Part shown: piece after piece, positions 1-8,450 of the stretch
How positions within the stretch are numbered: the stretch's first letter is position 1
Layout: each line of letters begins with the position of its first letter
Source of the DNA: a bacterium
GTDB taxonomy: Bacteria > Bacteroidota > Bacteroidia > CAILMK01 > JACPUW01
Direction of reading: 5' to 3'
NCBI GenBank assembly: GCA_016124515.1
Contig: WGNN01000024.1
Location: 1-56,963 of the forward strand
Length of the DNA: 56,963 bases
Notes under the pieces: generated by a model
Told to the model about the DNA's origin: nothing
The model's database searches: none
What the model saw: the letters and a program-made list of their open reading frames with translations, nothing else
Translations under genes and position numbers: made by a program

Positions 1-716
1 TCAAAACCCCAACAAACCCTACCGTCATTGCGGACTTGATCCGCAATCTTTTGAGTTGAAATACGAAATTATCAGTTTGTTCATCACCCATCACCTATCA
101 CTTATCACCCATTATTTCAGGAGTGCTGATTTGCTGATGCGATGATGTCAATTTGAAAATTTGGAGATTTGAAGATTTGAAAATGTTGGGATTATCTGGC
201 TCGCTGCGCGAGATTAAAGATTACTTGTTGATTTGCTGATGTGATGATTTGCTGATGCGATGATGTCAATTTGAAAATTTGCAGATTTGAAAATTTGAAA
301 ATGTTGGGATTATCTGGCTCGCGTTGCGAGGTCAAAACCCCAACAAACCCTACCGTCATTGCGGACTTGATCCGCAATCTTTTTGAGTTGAAATACGAAA
401 TAATCAGTTTGTTCATCACCCATCACTTATCACTTATCACTTATCACCCATTATTTCTGGAGTGCTGATTTGTTGATTTGCGATGTACGAATACCATGAT
501 GAAAGGATAACTCGGCTCGCGCTACGAAGTCAAAACCCCAACAAACCCTACCGTCATTGCAGACCTGATCCGCAATCTTTTGAGTTGAAATACGAAACAA
601 TCAGTTTGTTAATCACCCATCACCTATCACTTATCACCCATTATTTCAGGAGCACCAAGGTGGATTATTTTTCAATTTTATTCCCACCGAAGACCAGCAC
701 TTTCAGTTACCAATAA
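1..716 (+). repeat. Mosaic intergenic repeat array (module A at 1-130, 332-469, 530-653; module B at 131-212, 231-330; degenerate B at 470-529)
   Basis: Direct reading. The ~125-nt module A (TCAAAACCCCAACAAACCCTACCGTCATTGCGGACTTGATCCGCAATC...CACCCATTATTTCAGGAGTGCTGAT) occurs three times in direct orientation. The ~85-100-nt module B (TTGCTGATGCGATGATGTCAATTTGAAAATTTGGAGATTTGAA...GGATTATCTGGCTCGCTGCGCGAG) occurs twice, plus a decayed third copy. The window begins inside a unit. Track ORFs 192..419, 271..468 and 483..716 lie entirely within repeats. Confidence 0.9.
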
Positions 717-750
717 AAAATGGCAAGCCTATGTGATAGAGACTTGCCAT
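714..750 (-). terminator. Rho-independent terminator downstream of the CHRD gene
   Basis: 8-bp stem ATGGCAAG (720-727) / CTTGCCAT (743-750) with a 15-nt loop. On the minus strand it is followed by TTTTTATTG. It lies ~60 nt past the stop at 812. Confidence 0.7.
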
Positions 751-811
751 GTACACACTAACAAAAGTGACTGCCGGTTTAATGAAAATACAACAACATA
801 AACGGGCTATT

Positions 812-3800
812 TTATTGGGCAAGCACAAACTTGTGTGTGCTCAAATTCGCTTGGTTTTGTATTAGAATAAAATATTGTCCATCGGCAAATTGGCTAAGGT
901 CAAATTGGATTTTCCCACCTGCATTTCTGATTTCCCTGCTGAGCATTTGCTTGCCATTTACATTATAAATACGGATTGATGTGTTGCCCTCAACCGGTTC
1001 TGAAAATTCAAGAAACAACAGTCCATTTGTTATACTTGGGTATAACATGGTTGAATTTACACCTGAAGATTTTGGGTTTTCTAGGCCGGTAACAGTTCCA
1101 CGGGTCAGGGTTAATTCGGCTGCTGTTGAAGCGCTGTGCTCGCTGCCATCAAGTGCTACCGCACGGCAATAGAGTTTCATTGACTTGCCATTTTCAACTC
1201 CCCAAGCATTCAAGGCAGAATCGAGCCATGTATAATTCAGCGATTTCATGTGGTCAGTATTGGTAAAGGCCCAATAAACCACATTACTAAAGTCCATTTT
1301 GTCAGATAATTGAAAAATGTAGGTCAAGTCGTCCATATCCTTGTCGCTGGCCATTTTCCATTCAAAATCGAGCATTTTTTGGCCGCTGCCTTCAATGGTT
1401 AGCATGCTTCCGTTGGCGGGCATGGTCATGTCGGCATCCATATTAGGAAAATGATTGACTTCTTGTTGAATTTGCCCGCGCAAAACGCCATTTTTATAAT
1501 TTTCGGAATGCAGGTTTACGTACAATTCATTATTTTCAAGCGCCATCCAAAACGCCTTATCCACCATAATCATATTGCTGTCGGGCATAAACACACCGCT
1601 CATCATGCCTTTGTCGAGCTCCAAATTCAGCAACTTCAATACATCGCCATTGGTGCCATTTTTGGCTTGGTGGATATGCACACCGCCGGCAATATTGGTT
1701 GCCACTTTGCTTTCTAATCCATTGAAGCTACCAACCGCTGTTAGGTTCATGCCATTGAGTTCAAATTTTAGTGCTCCGTGGGCATTGCTCATTACGCGGT
1801 GAGGTTGGTTTATGGGCAAAATACTTGTAGTAAAATAAGCTTGAGCCATATTTAAAATCTGCCCCCTTATTTCGCCACCCGCATGTTCGGTTGTGTGTAT
1901 GTTTATATAGCCGTATCGCATTAATAATGAATCTATTGCCCCATCGCTCAGCATCCATTCATTGTCTTTCATTTCAAACGAACCACCCATTTTGTTGGCT
2001 GACAAAGTGCTGGTGAGTGGCGCAAAGATTGCCCCGTTTTGGCCGGGTAAAGCCATGTGTATGTGGGCCCCGCCGGCAATGTTGGCATCAAACTTAGCCA
2101 TGAGTCCGTTGAATGAACCGCTCAAAGCCATCCAATTTGATTTGATGGCCACCAAAGCTGCGCCCATTCCTGTTGTGTAAACCGCCGGTGCCTCGCTGGC
2201 GCCCGATAATTTAGAAAACAAATAGGCATTGGCCTCAGGCATAAGTTGCCCTCTCAGCTCGCCCTCCGCATAAGCTTTGGTATGCAGGTTGAAATAGTGC
2301 CAGCCCGCTCTCATAGAATCCAACAAACCATTTGACACCTGCCAGGTATTTTGGCTCACTTCGTACACCCCGCTCATATTGTCCATATCGGGGCTGGCCT
2401 TTAGTGCCACGGCAATGGCGCCATCCATACCCGCAATGCCGGCATGCAAATGGCTTCCACCGGCTATTGATGCATCAAACTCCCCTTTGAGGTTGCTAAA
2501 AGAACCCGTGATGCTCACTTGATTTGCTTTTATTTCAACAATGGCCTTTCCGCTACCGGCTGTCAAAACATTATGGTTTTCCTGTGCTCCACTAAGGTTG
2601 GCATAAAAATAATAATTAACCATAGGCAACAGCTGACCACGCAGCTCGCCGCCGGGATGTTTCATGCTATGTATATTCAAATACAACATGCGCTGCCAAA
2701 GGGCTTTTTTAAGGTCGTCGTTTAGCGCAAACAGGTTATTTGACGCCATTATTTTTCCACCCATCAAGTCGCTGTCATAGTCAACTTGTACAAGCAACTT
2801 TACCGCACCATTGGTACCGGCATAACCCAAGTGGATGTGTGCGCCGCCAAATAAGGCTGTGTCGGCAGCAGAACTCAAGCCACTGAAACTACCGCTCAAG
2901 GCCATGGTATCGTTCCAATATTCAACAACTACCATTCCGGCAGAACGCTCTGTAAGGGTTGGATTTTCATTAATTCCACTCAAAAAAGCCCTGTAAATAA
3001 TATGGCTGTTTGGAATTACCTGTCCCCTAATCTCGCCCATTGGGTGGTTTAGCGAATGGATGTTAACATACATACTCCTGTTCATGAGCGCCTTTTTTTG
3101 ATCGGCATCAAGGGTAAACATGTTGTCTTTTGCCGCCAATACACCGCCCATTTTGTCGGTTTGCAAGGTGGGGTTTAGCACTATAGCTACAGCGCCATTT
3201 TGGCCTGCCATGGCATTGTGCAGGTGAATACCGCCCGCAATGGCTTCGTCAATTTCGCTCTCCAAACCATTGAATGCGCCGGTTACTGTAGCTTCATCTT
3301 TTATTACATCTATAATAAATGAGCCCATGGCCCCGCTTTGCACATGGTGCATTTGGTTGCTGCCAAAAGCAAATGCCTGATACACCATTGCCTGCGCAGG
3401 CACAAATTGTCCGCGTATTTCGCCGGCAGCGCTGTATTTGGTGTGGATGTTAATGTACAACATCCGGTTTTTTAGCGCTTCAACCTGTGCATTGCTCAAG
3501 TTAAACGTGTTGTCGGTAGAATCATACATTCCCGAACGCATGTCGCCTGACAACGAAGGAGTTAACGATATTTGAATTTTACCGTTTTCACCTTGGTAGC
3601 CCATGTGTATGTGTGAACCCCCGGCAATATTGGCGTCAAAATCGCCGGCAAGATTTTTAAATGAGCCCCAAACTTTTAAGGTATTGCCATCAAGGCGACT
3701 CCAAATTTCGCCGCTTGCGGTGGTTAGGGGCATGTGTACTTCGTTGCTACCACTCAGCAGCGCCTTGTATTTTTGGGCAAGGGCTTCGTGGCAGTTTAAA

Positions 3801-3898
3801 AACAGGCCTGCCAGCAAGAGTATCATGGTTCCCATTGTTTTTGAATGTGTTTTAAGTAGTGCGTCTTTTTTGTCCATTTTATATGTGTTTTTCATCAT
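812..3898 (-). CDS. Secreted protein with six tandem CHRD domains and a T9SS type-A C-terminal sorting domain
   Basis: 1028-aa ORF. Six ~135-aa repeats each carry GG[SAIV]H[IL]H..(G)..G.NG... and LY[IVL]N[IL]H[TS].....GE[IL]RGQ, the CHRD signature. The C-terminus LYPSITNGLLFLEF...IRIYNVNGKQ...GQYFILIQ...KFVLAQ fits Por_Secre_tail (TIGR04183-like). A signal peptide follows M22 (MGTMILLLAGLFLNCHEALAQ), so the true start may be 3877 or 3835. Confidence 0.9.
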   Translation of the reverse strand: MMKNTYKMDKKDALLKTHSKTMGTMILLLAGLFLNCHEALAQKYKALLSGSNEVHMPLTTASGEIWSRLDGNTLKVWGSFKNLAGDFDANIAGGSHIHMGYQGENGKIQISLTPSLSGDMRSGMYDSTDNTFNLSNAQVEALKNRMLYINIHTKYSAAGEIRGQFVPAQAMVYQAFAFGSNQMHHVQSGAMGSFIIDVIKDEATVTGAFNGLESEIDEAIAGGIHLHNAMAGQNGAVAIVLNPTLQTDKMGGVLAAKDNMFTLDADQKKALMNRSMYVNIHSLNHPMGEIRGQVIPNSHIIYRAFLSGINENPTLTERSAGMVVVEYWNDTMALSGSFSGLSSAADTALFGGAHIHLGYAGTNGAVKLLVQVDYDSDLMGGKIMASNNLFALNDDLKKALWQRMLYLNIHSMKHPGGELRGQLLPMVNYYFYANLSGAQENHNVLTAGSGKAIVEIKANQVSITGSFSNLKGEFDASIAGGSHLHAGIAGMDGAIAVALKASPDMDNMSGVYEVSQNTWQVSNGLLDSMRAGWHYFNLHTKAYAEGELRGQLMPEANAYLFSKLSGASEAPAVYTTGMGAALVAIKSNWMALSGSFNGLMAKFDANIAGGAHIHMALPGQNGAIFAPLTSTLSANKMGGSFEMKDNEWMLSDGAIDSLLMRYGYINIHTTEHAGGEIRGQILNMAQAYFTTSILPINQPHRVMSNAHGALKFELNGMNLTAVGSFNGLESKVATNIAGGVHIHQAKNGTNGDVLKLLNLELDKGMMSGVFMPDSNMIMVDKAFWMALENNELYVNLHSENYKNGVLRGQIQQEVNHFPNMDADMTMPANGSMLTIEGSGQKMLDFEWKMASDKDMDDLTYIFQLSDKMDFSNVVYWAFTNTDHMKSLNYTWLDSALNAWGVENGKSMKLYCRAVALDGSEHSASTAAELTLTRGTVTGLENPKSSGVNSTMLYPSITNGLLFLEFSEPVEGNTSIRIYNVNGKQMLSREIRNAGGKIQFDLSQFADGQYFILIQNQANLSTHKFVLAQ

Positions 3899-4139
3899 CT
3901 ACGAGCCCTGTTTGATTTTGGATTTAAAAAAGAGAAAAAAATTCATTTCCACGTACACGATAGTGATGCGACAAGAATTATCTACTTCATTATGAGTGGA
4001 TTAAATATTGCGGTATGGATTTAAAATTTCGCCCATTGACCCAAAAAAGAGGCTTGACACTGTGATTGCATGCCATTAATTGATAAGTGCCGGATGGCGA
4101 AAATTGATTGCGTTTTACTGGTACTTCTATAGAGCCTGA

Positions 4140-4979
4140 CTAGGAATTTCCCTTAGCTACCTCGCCCAATACATATAGTTTTTCCAGGGTGGGTGTTTCG
4201 CTGCCGCCTTTGGGTTCAAGGGTTACGGCAAATGCATCGGCGCGTGCAATACTTTTGGCGACTTGAAGGTTGTTTGAATTGATAAACACCCCTGCGTCAA
4301 TGGGTTTGCCATCAACCAACGCCCACAATTGGTATTGGTGCTGTTGGTCAACCGCCGGTAGATTGGAGGCCGACACATAGACTTTTTGCGTTTTTTCATT
4401 CCAAAATACCAATGCTTCGGCAGCGGAATCAATGTCTAAACCTTTGAGCAATATTTTTTGAGTGGATGCACTGTTGATATGCTCTTGCACCTCGGCATAT
4501 TGCCTTTGCATTTGGTTCAGACCGTGCAACAGGCTATCGTTAGCAGCCAATTGCCCGGCAAGCACAGAATCCAGCAGCAGCCTTTCGGTTTTTATTTCAA
4601 CCAATTCTCTTTTTAAATTACTTACCTGAACATACATATATATGGCTATGCCTGAGGCAAACAGCAAGAGCACTGCCGCCGCAATTGACAACCATCTACG
4701 GTTTTTATCATTGTTGAGCTGTAGCACATGGTCCGTCGGGTCATTTTGCAAGGAATCGGATGGCGTTTCAAAAGCTGACTCATCAAGCTCGGGAAGCGTA
4801 AAATCGCCGGCACTTTGCCGGGCATAGCGCATAGCAGCCTGCTGAATTTTGTCAATTTCGGCTGCCAACTCAGGGTGCTCTTTTTCAAGTGCTCTGATGC
4901 GCTCCATTTCCTGCGCACTAAGGGTGCCGGCTACGTATAGCTCAAGCAAACCTGAGTTTATGTAATCTTTCCAGCTCAT
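4140..4979 (-). CDS. Anti-sigma factor, RskA (anti-sigma-K) type
   Basis: N-terminal anti-sigma helix region, one TM segment (WLSIAAAVLLLFASGIAIYMYV) and a C-terminal RskA-like domain (YQLWALVDGKPIDAGVF...AFAVTLEPKGGSETPT). Its ATG overlaps the sigma-factor stop by 4 nt (ATGA). Confidence 0.85.
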   Translation of the reverse strand: MSWKDYINSGLLELYVAGTLSAQEMERIRALEKEHPELAAEIDKIQQAAMRYARQSAGDFTLPELDESAFETPSDSLQNDPTDHVLQLNNDKNRRWLSIAAAVLLLFASGIAIYMYVQVSNLKRELVEIKTERLLLDSVLAGQLAANDSLLHGLNQMQRQYAEVQEHINSASTQKILLKGLDIDSAAEALVFWNEKTQKVYVSASNLPAVDQQHQYQLWALVDGKPIDAGVFINSNNLQVAKSIARADAFAVTLEPKGGSETPTLEKLYVLGEVAKGNS

Positions 4980-5536
4980 TGTTTAAAATGGGCGCGTAAT
5001 TTATTAACTGCGCTTCTAACTTTTGTTTTTACGGTTCCTAAAGGTATTTTAAGTTCATCAGATATTTCTTGCTGCGTGTAGCCTTTAAAGTAAACCAACT
5101 GCACCAATTCTTGCTGGTCTTCGGGCAACACATTTACCAATTCGGGCACACCAATATGATCGGGTTTCTGGCTTTCGTAGGCGTTTGTATCAGATACGGA
5201 ATTTTCATCAGTTTGGATTTGGCTGGCCATTTTAAAGGCCTTTGATCGCGTGGCATCAATTGCTGTATTTCGGCAAATATTGAGCATCCAAGTGTATAGG
5301 CGCCCTTTTGTATCGTCGTATCGATTGGCTTGTTGCCAAATTTTGACCATAGCATCTTGAAAAACGTCCCTTGATAGTTCATCATCCTTTACCACAGCCT
5401 TTATTACCCCGCAAAGCGCCATGGCATACTGCTTGTAAATGGCGTTCAGGGCGCGTTTATCGGCGCTTTTGAGCCAGTTTACTATTTGGTCTTCCGGTAT
5501 TTGTTTGTTCGTTGAGTTCAAGGCAATGGGTAACAA
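4976..5536 (-). CDS. RNA polymerase ECF-type sigma-70 factor
   Basis: Region 2 (ALNAIYKQYAMALCGVIKAVV...DVFQDAMVKIWQQANRYD...LYTWMLNICRNTAID) and region 4 (LPEDQQELVQLVYFKGYTQQEISDELKIPLGTVKTKVRSA). The track start at 5536 is TTG, with another TTG at 5521 and no in-frame ATG nearby. Confidence 0.9.
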   Translation of the reverse strand: MLPIALNSTNKQIPEDQIVNWLKSADKRALNAIYKQYAMALCGVIKAVVKDDELSRDVFQDAMVKIWQQANRYDDTKGRLYTWMLNICRNTAIDATRSKAFKMASQIQTDENSVSDTNAYESQKPDHIGVPELVNVLPEDQQELVQLVYFKGYTQQEISDELKIPLGTVKTKVRSAVNKLRAHFKQ

Positions 5537-5590
5537 AGCTAACCAACATAAGTTTGGGGGGACTTAAAAAATTGTGGTAGGTCGGGCTTT

Positions 5591-5862
5591 TTATTTCTCG
5601 CAGAGACGCAGAGACGCAAAGGGTTTTGGGTTTCTCGCGAAGACGCGGAGGCGCAAGGTTTTTTTGTTTCTCGCAAAGGCGCAAAGGCGCGAAGGGTTTT
5701 TTGTTTCTCGCAGAGACGCAAAGGCGCAATGGATTTTGGGTTTCTCGCAGAGACTCAAAGACGCGGAGGTTCTTTTTTGTTTCTCGCGAAGACGCGGAGG
5801 CGCAAGGTTTTTTTGTTTCTCGCAAAGGCGCAAAGGCGCGGAGGTTCTTTTTATTTCTACCT
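5591..5862. repeat. Tandem array of ~37-bp units (about 7.5 copies) with nested 8-mers
   Basis: The unit motif TTTCTCG starts at 5594, 5631, 5667, 5704, 5741, 5780, 5816 and 5854 (periods of 36-39 bp). Each unit is a T-run, then CTCGC, then three CGCARAGR octamers. The 61 nt from 5631 are identical to the 61 nt from 5780, giving a 149-bp higher-order repeat. Confidence 0.95.
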
Positions 5863-5884
5863 GCATGCAATGTAAGTTCGTGCT

Positions 5885-6925
5885 ATGCGTGGTGTTTTTC
5901 TATTATTTGTTTTAGGTACTTTGTATGGCTGCAACAAGCCCTACGACAGCGATTGCAGTACAAACCCCGGACTTTTTGATGCGGTAAATTTCAATATCGG
6001 GGTGGCGGTTTCGCTTACGGAACTTGAAAACAATACGGGCTATGCAACCATAGTGAAGCAGCAATTCAACCAAATAACTCCCGAAAATGCGTTTAAGCCG
6101 GAAAGGCTACAGCCGCAGGAAGGGACATTCAGTTTTGAGGAAGCGAAACAATTGCTGGCATGGGCAGCGAACGAAGGAAAGGAAGTGCATGGCCATTGCC
6201 TGGTGTGGCACAACCAACTGCCGGCGTGGATGCAGAATTTTGAAGGCGACAGGCAGGCGTGGATTGCCCTGATGAAAAACCACATTAGCACCGTGGTGGC
6301 TGAACTTGGCTCAGTAAAAAGCTGGGATGTGGTAAACGAGGCTTTTGAAGATGATGGAAGTTTCAGAGAGAGTATTTGGTACCGCCACATTGGGCCCGAA
6401 TATATTGAAATGGCATTTGAGTTTGCGCACGAGGCCAATTCTGATGCCTTGTTGTTTTACAACGACTACAACCTTGCTTCGAAACCAAAAAAGCTGGATG
6501 CGGTGCTTGCGCATTTGCGGCAATTGGTCAATAAGGGCGTTGCGGTACATGGTATTGGTTTGCAGTTGCATATAAATATAAAAAGCCCCGGCAAGGGTGC
6601 ATTGGAAAAAGCGGTTGAAGGCTGTATAGGCAGCGGTTTGCGCATCCATTTTTCAGAGATTGATATTTCGGTAAATCCATCGGGTGGTGCACTTGGCCAT
6701 CTTGAAAATAAACTGAATAAACAGGCGCAAACGGTAGAACAACTGACCCAAATATACCTTAGCATTCCACCGGCGCAGCAATTTGCCATGAGCTTTTGGG
6801 GAGTTTCTGATGCCAATAGCTGGATTCCCGCGTACTATGGGCGCGAAGATTATCCCTTGTTGTTCGACCAAAATTACAGGGCAAAGCCGGCCTATTGTGC
6901 GCTGCGTAGTGCCCTTGGCCAGTGA
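5885..6925 (+). CDS. Endo-1,4-beta-xylanase, glycoside hydrolase family 10 (lipoprotein)
   Basis: GH10 motifs are present: HGHCLVWHNQLPAW, WDVVNEAF (acid/base Glu) and IHFSEIDIS (nucleophile Glu). Lipobox LGTLYGC near the N-terminus. ATG start. Confidence 0.9.
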   Translation: MRGVFLLFVLGTLYGCNKPYDSDCSTNPGLFDAVNFNIGVAVSLTELENNTGYATIVKQQFNQITPENAFKPERLQPQEGTFSFEEAKQLLAWAANEGKEVHGHCLVWHNQLPAWMQNFEGDRQAWIALMKNHISTVVAELGSVKSWDVVNEAFEDDGSFRESIWYRHIGPEYIEMAFEFAHEANSDALLFYNDYNLASKPKKLDAVLAHLRQLVNKGVAVHGIGLQLHINIKSPGKGALEKAVEGCIGSGLRIHFSEIDISVNPSGGALGHLENKLNKQAQTVEQLTQIYLSIPPAQQFAMSFWGVSDANSWIPAYYGREDYPLLFDQNYRAKPAYCALRSALGQ

Positions 6926-6935
6926 TAAAAAAACA

Positions 6936-6960
6936 AAGGCTCCCAAAATTTGAGAGCCTT
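6936..6960 (-). terminator. Hairpin terminator between convergent genes (best fit for the minus-strand YceI gene)
   Basis: 7-bp stem AAGGCTC (6936-6942) / GAGCCTT (6954-6960). On the minus strand it is followed by TGTTTTTTT. On the plus strand there is no T-run. Confidence 0.6.
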
Positions 6961-7002
6961 CTGTTCAACCATTAGATAAATTATGGGTTGCGGGTGAAAA
7001 TG

Positions 7003-7659
7003 TTATTTTGAAGCGGCAAGGTCTATTTGCAGCTCTATGTCGTCTTTCAGCAATACATCTTTCAAGTAATGCTTCCAGTTTACATCATATTTCTGACGGT
7101 CAAAAACCAATTTGCCGTGTGCTACCACTTGGCCATCTTCGTTCACTTCAAATCTGTCAAGGGCAATGGTTTCTTCGTTGGTTTTGTCTCTGATGGTCAG
7201 GTTGCCTTTCACTTCTTTGTTGTTGGCCGAAGTAATTTCGAAACTGGCAGTTGGATACTCTTCTACCAAAAAGAAATCGCCGGTAGAAAGATGACCTACC
7301 AAGTCTGAAGCGGGGTGCTCTTCTGAGTAGTTTTGGTCCATTGGCTCTATTGAAAGCATGTCAACCACAAAGTTGCCACCTACAATTTTGTCGCCTTTCA
7401 GTACCAGGTTTCCTTCTTGTACTTTCAGGTTGCCAAAGTGTGAGTAAACATTAGCACCTGAGGTTCCACCTTCCCAGCGGATGTTTGATGACTCGGGGTT
7501 TACTACGTAGGTTACTTCTTCCATGGTGCCGTTGTCCATGTCTTCTTCCACTACTTCTACTTCGTTTTCAGCAGTTTCTTCGTTGTGGGCTTTGCTGCCG
7601 CCGCATGATGCCATAAAGAAAAGGGCACCAATAGCTAAAAATCCGTACTTAATTTTCAT
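7003..7659 (-). CDS. YceI-family periplasmic lipoprotein
   Basis: YceI-like core (SSNIRWEGGTSGANVYSHFGNLKVQEGNL...TASFEITS...GNLTIRDKT...). Signal peptide and lipobox MKIKYGFLAIGALFFMASCGG begin at the internal ATG 7659. The track ORF extends to 7707, which I consider an over-extension. Confidence 0.85.
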   Translation of the reverse strand: MKIKYGFLAIGALFFMASCGGSKAHNEETAENEVEVVEEDMDNGTMEEVTYVVNPESSNIRWEGGTSGANVYSHFGNLKVQEGNLVLKGDKIVGGNFVVDMLSIEPMDQNYSEEHPASDLVGHLSTGDFFLVEEYPTASFEITSANNKEVKGNLTIRDKTNEETIALDRFEVNEDGQVVAHGKLVFDRQKYDVNWKHYLKDVLLKDDIELQIDLAASK

Positions 7660-7791
7660 TGTTTTCGCTTGTTTGTTAATTGGTTGCGCAAATGTATGTA
7701 GCAACATATATTTTTTAAAGGCTTGTGAGATTTTTTAACATTTGCCATATCCAAAAACTTGTTGCGTTATTTGTGTCAACCCGATTCATGT

Positions 7792-8379
7792 ATGCTTACA
7801 ACAAAGAAATATTGGTATGGTTTGGTATTTTTCACTTTACTCAGTCTAAGTGCGTTTGCGCGAAAATCGGCCCCCGGCTACCTCGTGACCAAAACAGGGG
7901 ATACACTGAAAGGAATGGTAAAATACCGACGGCTTGACGTGGCGCTTCGGGTGGTGCTTATCACGAGCAAGCAAGAATCTACCAGCAAAGAAATATTTGG
8001 ACCGGAGGAGCTCAAGAGTTTTGTATATGGCAATGAAACATGGCTTTCAATTGACTACAGCAAAGCCGAAATTGGTTGGACGGCTGCCTATTTTGCACAA
8101 GTGATAAAAGAAGAGGCAAGCGGACTCATGTTGCTGTATGGAAGCATAATAAGTGAAGGTTGCCATTGCAGCGGCACCAAAAACGAGGTACGCAATTGGT
8201 GGATATTGTACAACCACACTACGGGCCAAAAAACCATGATTGTACGCGGACGATTTGGCCATGTGAAACGACCGGAATGGGCGCGGGCTTTTTTTATGGA
8301 AGGCGGATTTGATTTGATGCATGTGAAATTGAAAAGCGTAGATGACTTGAAAAGGGCTTTTGACCAAATTGCTTCGTAA
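7792..8379 (+). CDS. Hypothetical secreted protein
   Basis: The ORF has a signal peptide from ATG 7792 (MLTTKKYWYGLVFFTLLSLSAFA). The track start at 7759 is TTG. I recognised no family. Confidence 0.6.
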   Translation: MLTTKKYWYGLVFFTLLSLSAFARKSAPGYLVTKTGDTLKGMVKYRRLDVALRVVLITSKQESTSKEIFGPEELKSFVYGNETWLSIDYSKAEIGWTAAYFAQVIKEEASGLMLLYGSIISEGCHCSGTKNEVRNWWILYNHTTGQKTMIVRGRFGHVKRPEWARAFFMEGGFDLMHVKLKSVDDLKRAFDQIAS

Positions 8380-8450
8380 GTGGTGGTATTGGTTTCATAA
8401 ATGACCCAAGGTTTTGATTGTCAACCACGTTTAATAATCAAAACATTTTT

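Noticed and set aside
192-716. Track ORFs 192..419, 271..468 and 483..716 as small proteins
   Set aside because: They are composed entirely of modules A and B of the mosaic repeat, overlap on opposite strands, and give low-complexity translations (FKFSNLQIFK, ITHHLSLIT).
5591-5862. Possible CRISPR array, suggested by a regular ~37-bp periodicity
   Set aside because: Units abut each other with no unique spacers between them, there are no cas genes in the window, and the units contain internal octamer repeats. This is a tandem repeat, not repeat-spacer architecture.
5457-5979. Five overlapping track ORFs (5457..5870, 5539..5721, 5574..5915, 5591..5866, 5626..5979) encoding Arg/Lys/Cys-rich repetitive peptides
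   Set aside because: They are open only because the 37-bp tandem unit lacks stop codons in most frames. They overlap each other on both strands and have no start context or domain signature. I treat them as repeat artefacts.
7660-7707. N-terminal extensions suggested by the ORF track. These affect 7003..7707, 20921..21643, 32460..33263, 39610..40665, 54071.. and 8418..
   Set aside because: In each case an internal ATG is immediately followed by a canonical signal peptide, lipobox or receiver-domain start. The extension begins at a TTG or overlaps the upstream gene, so I used the shorter models.
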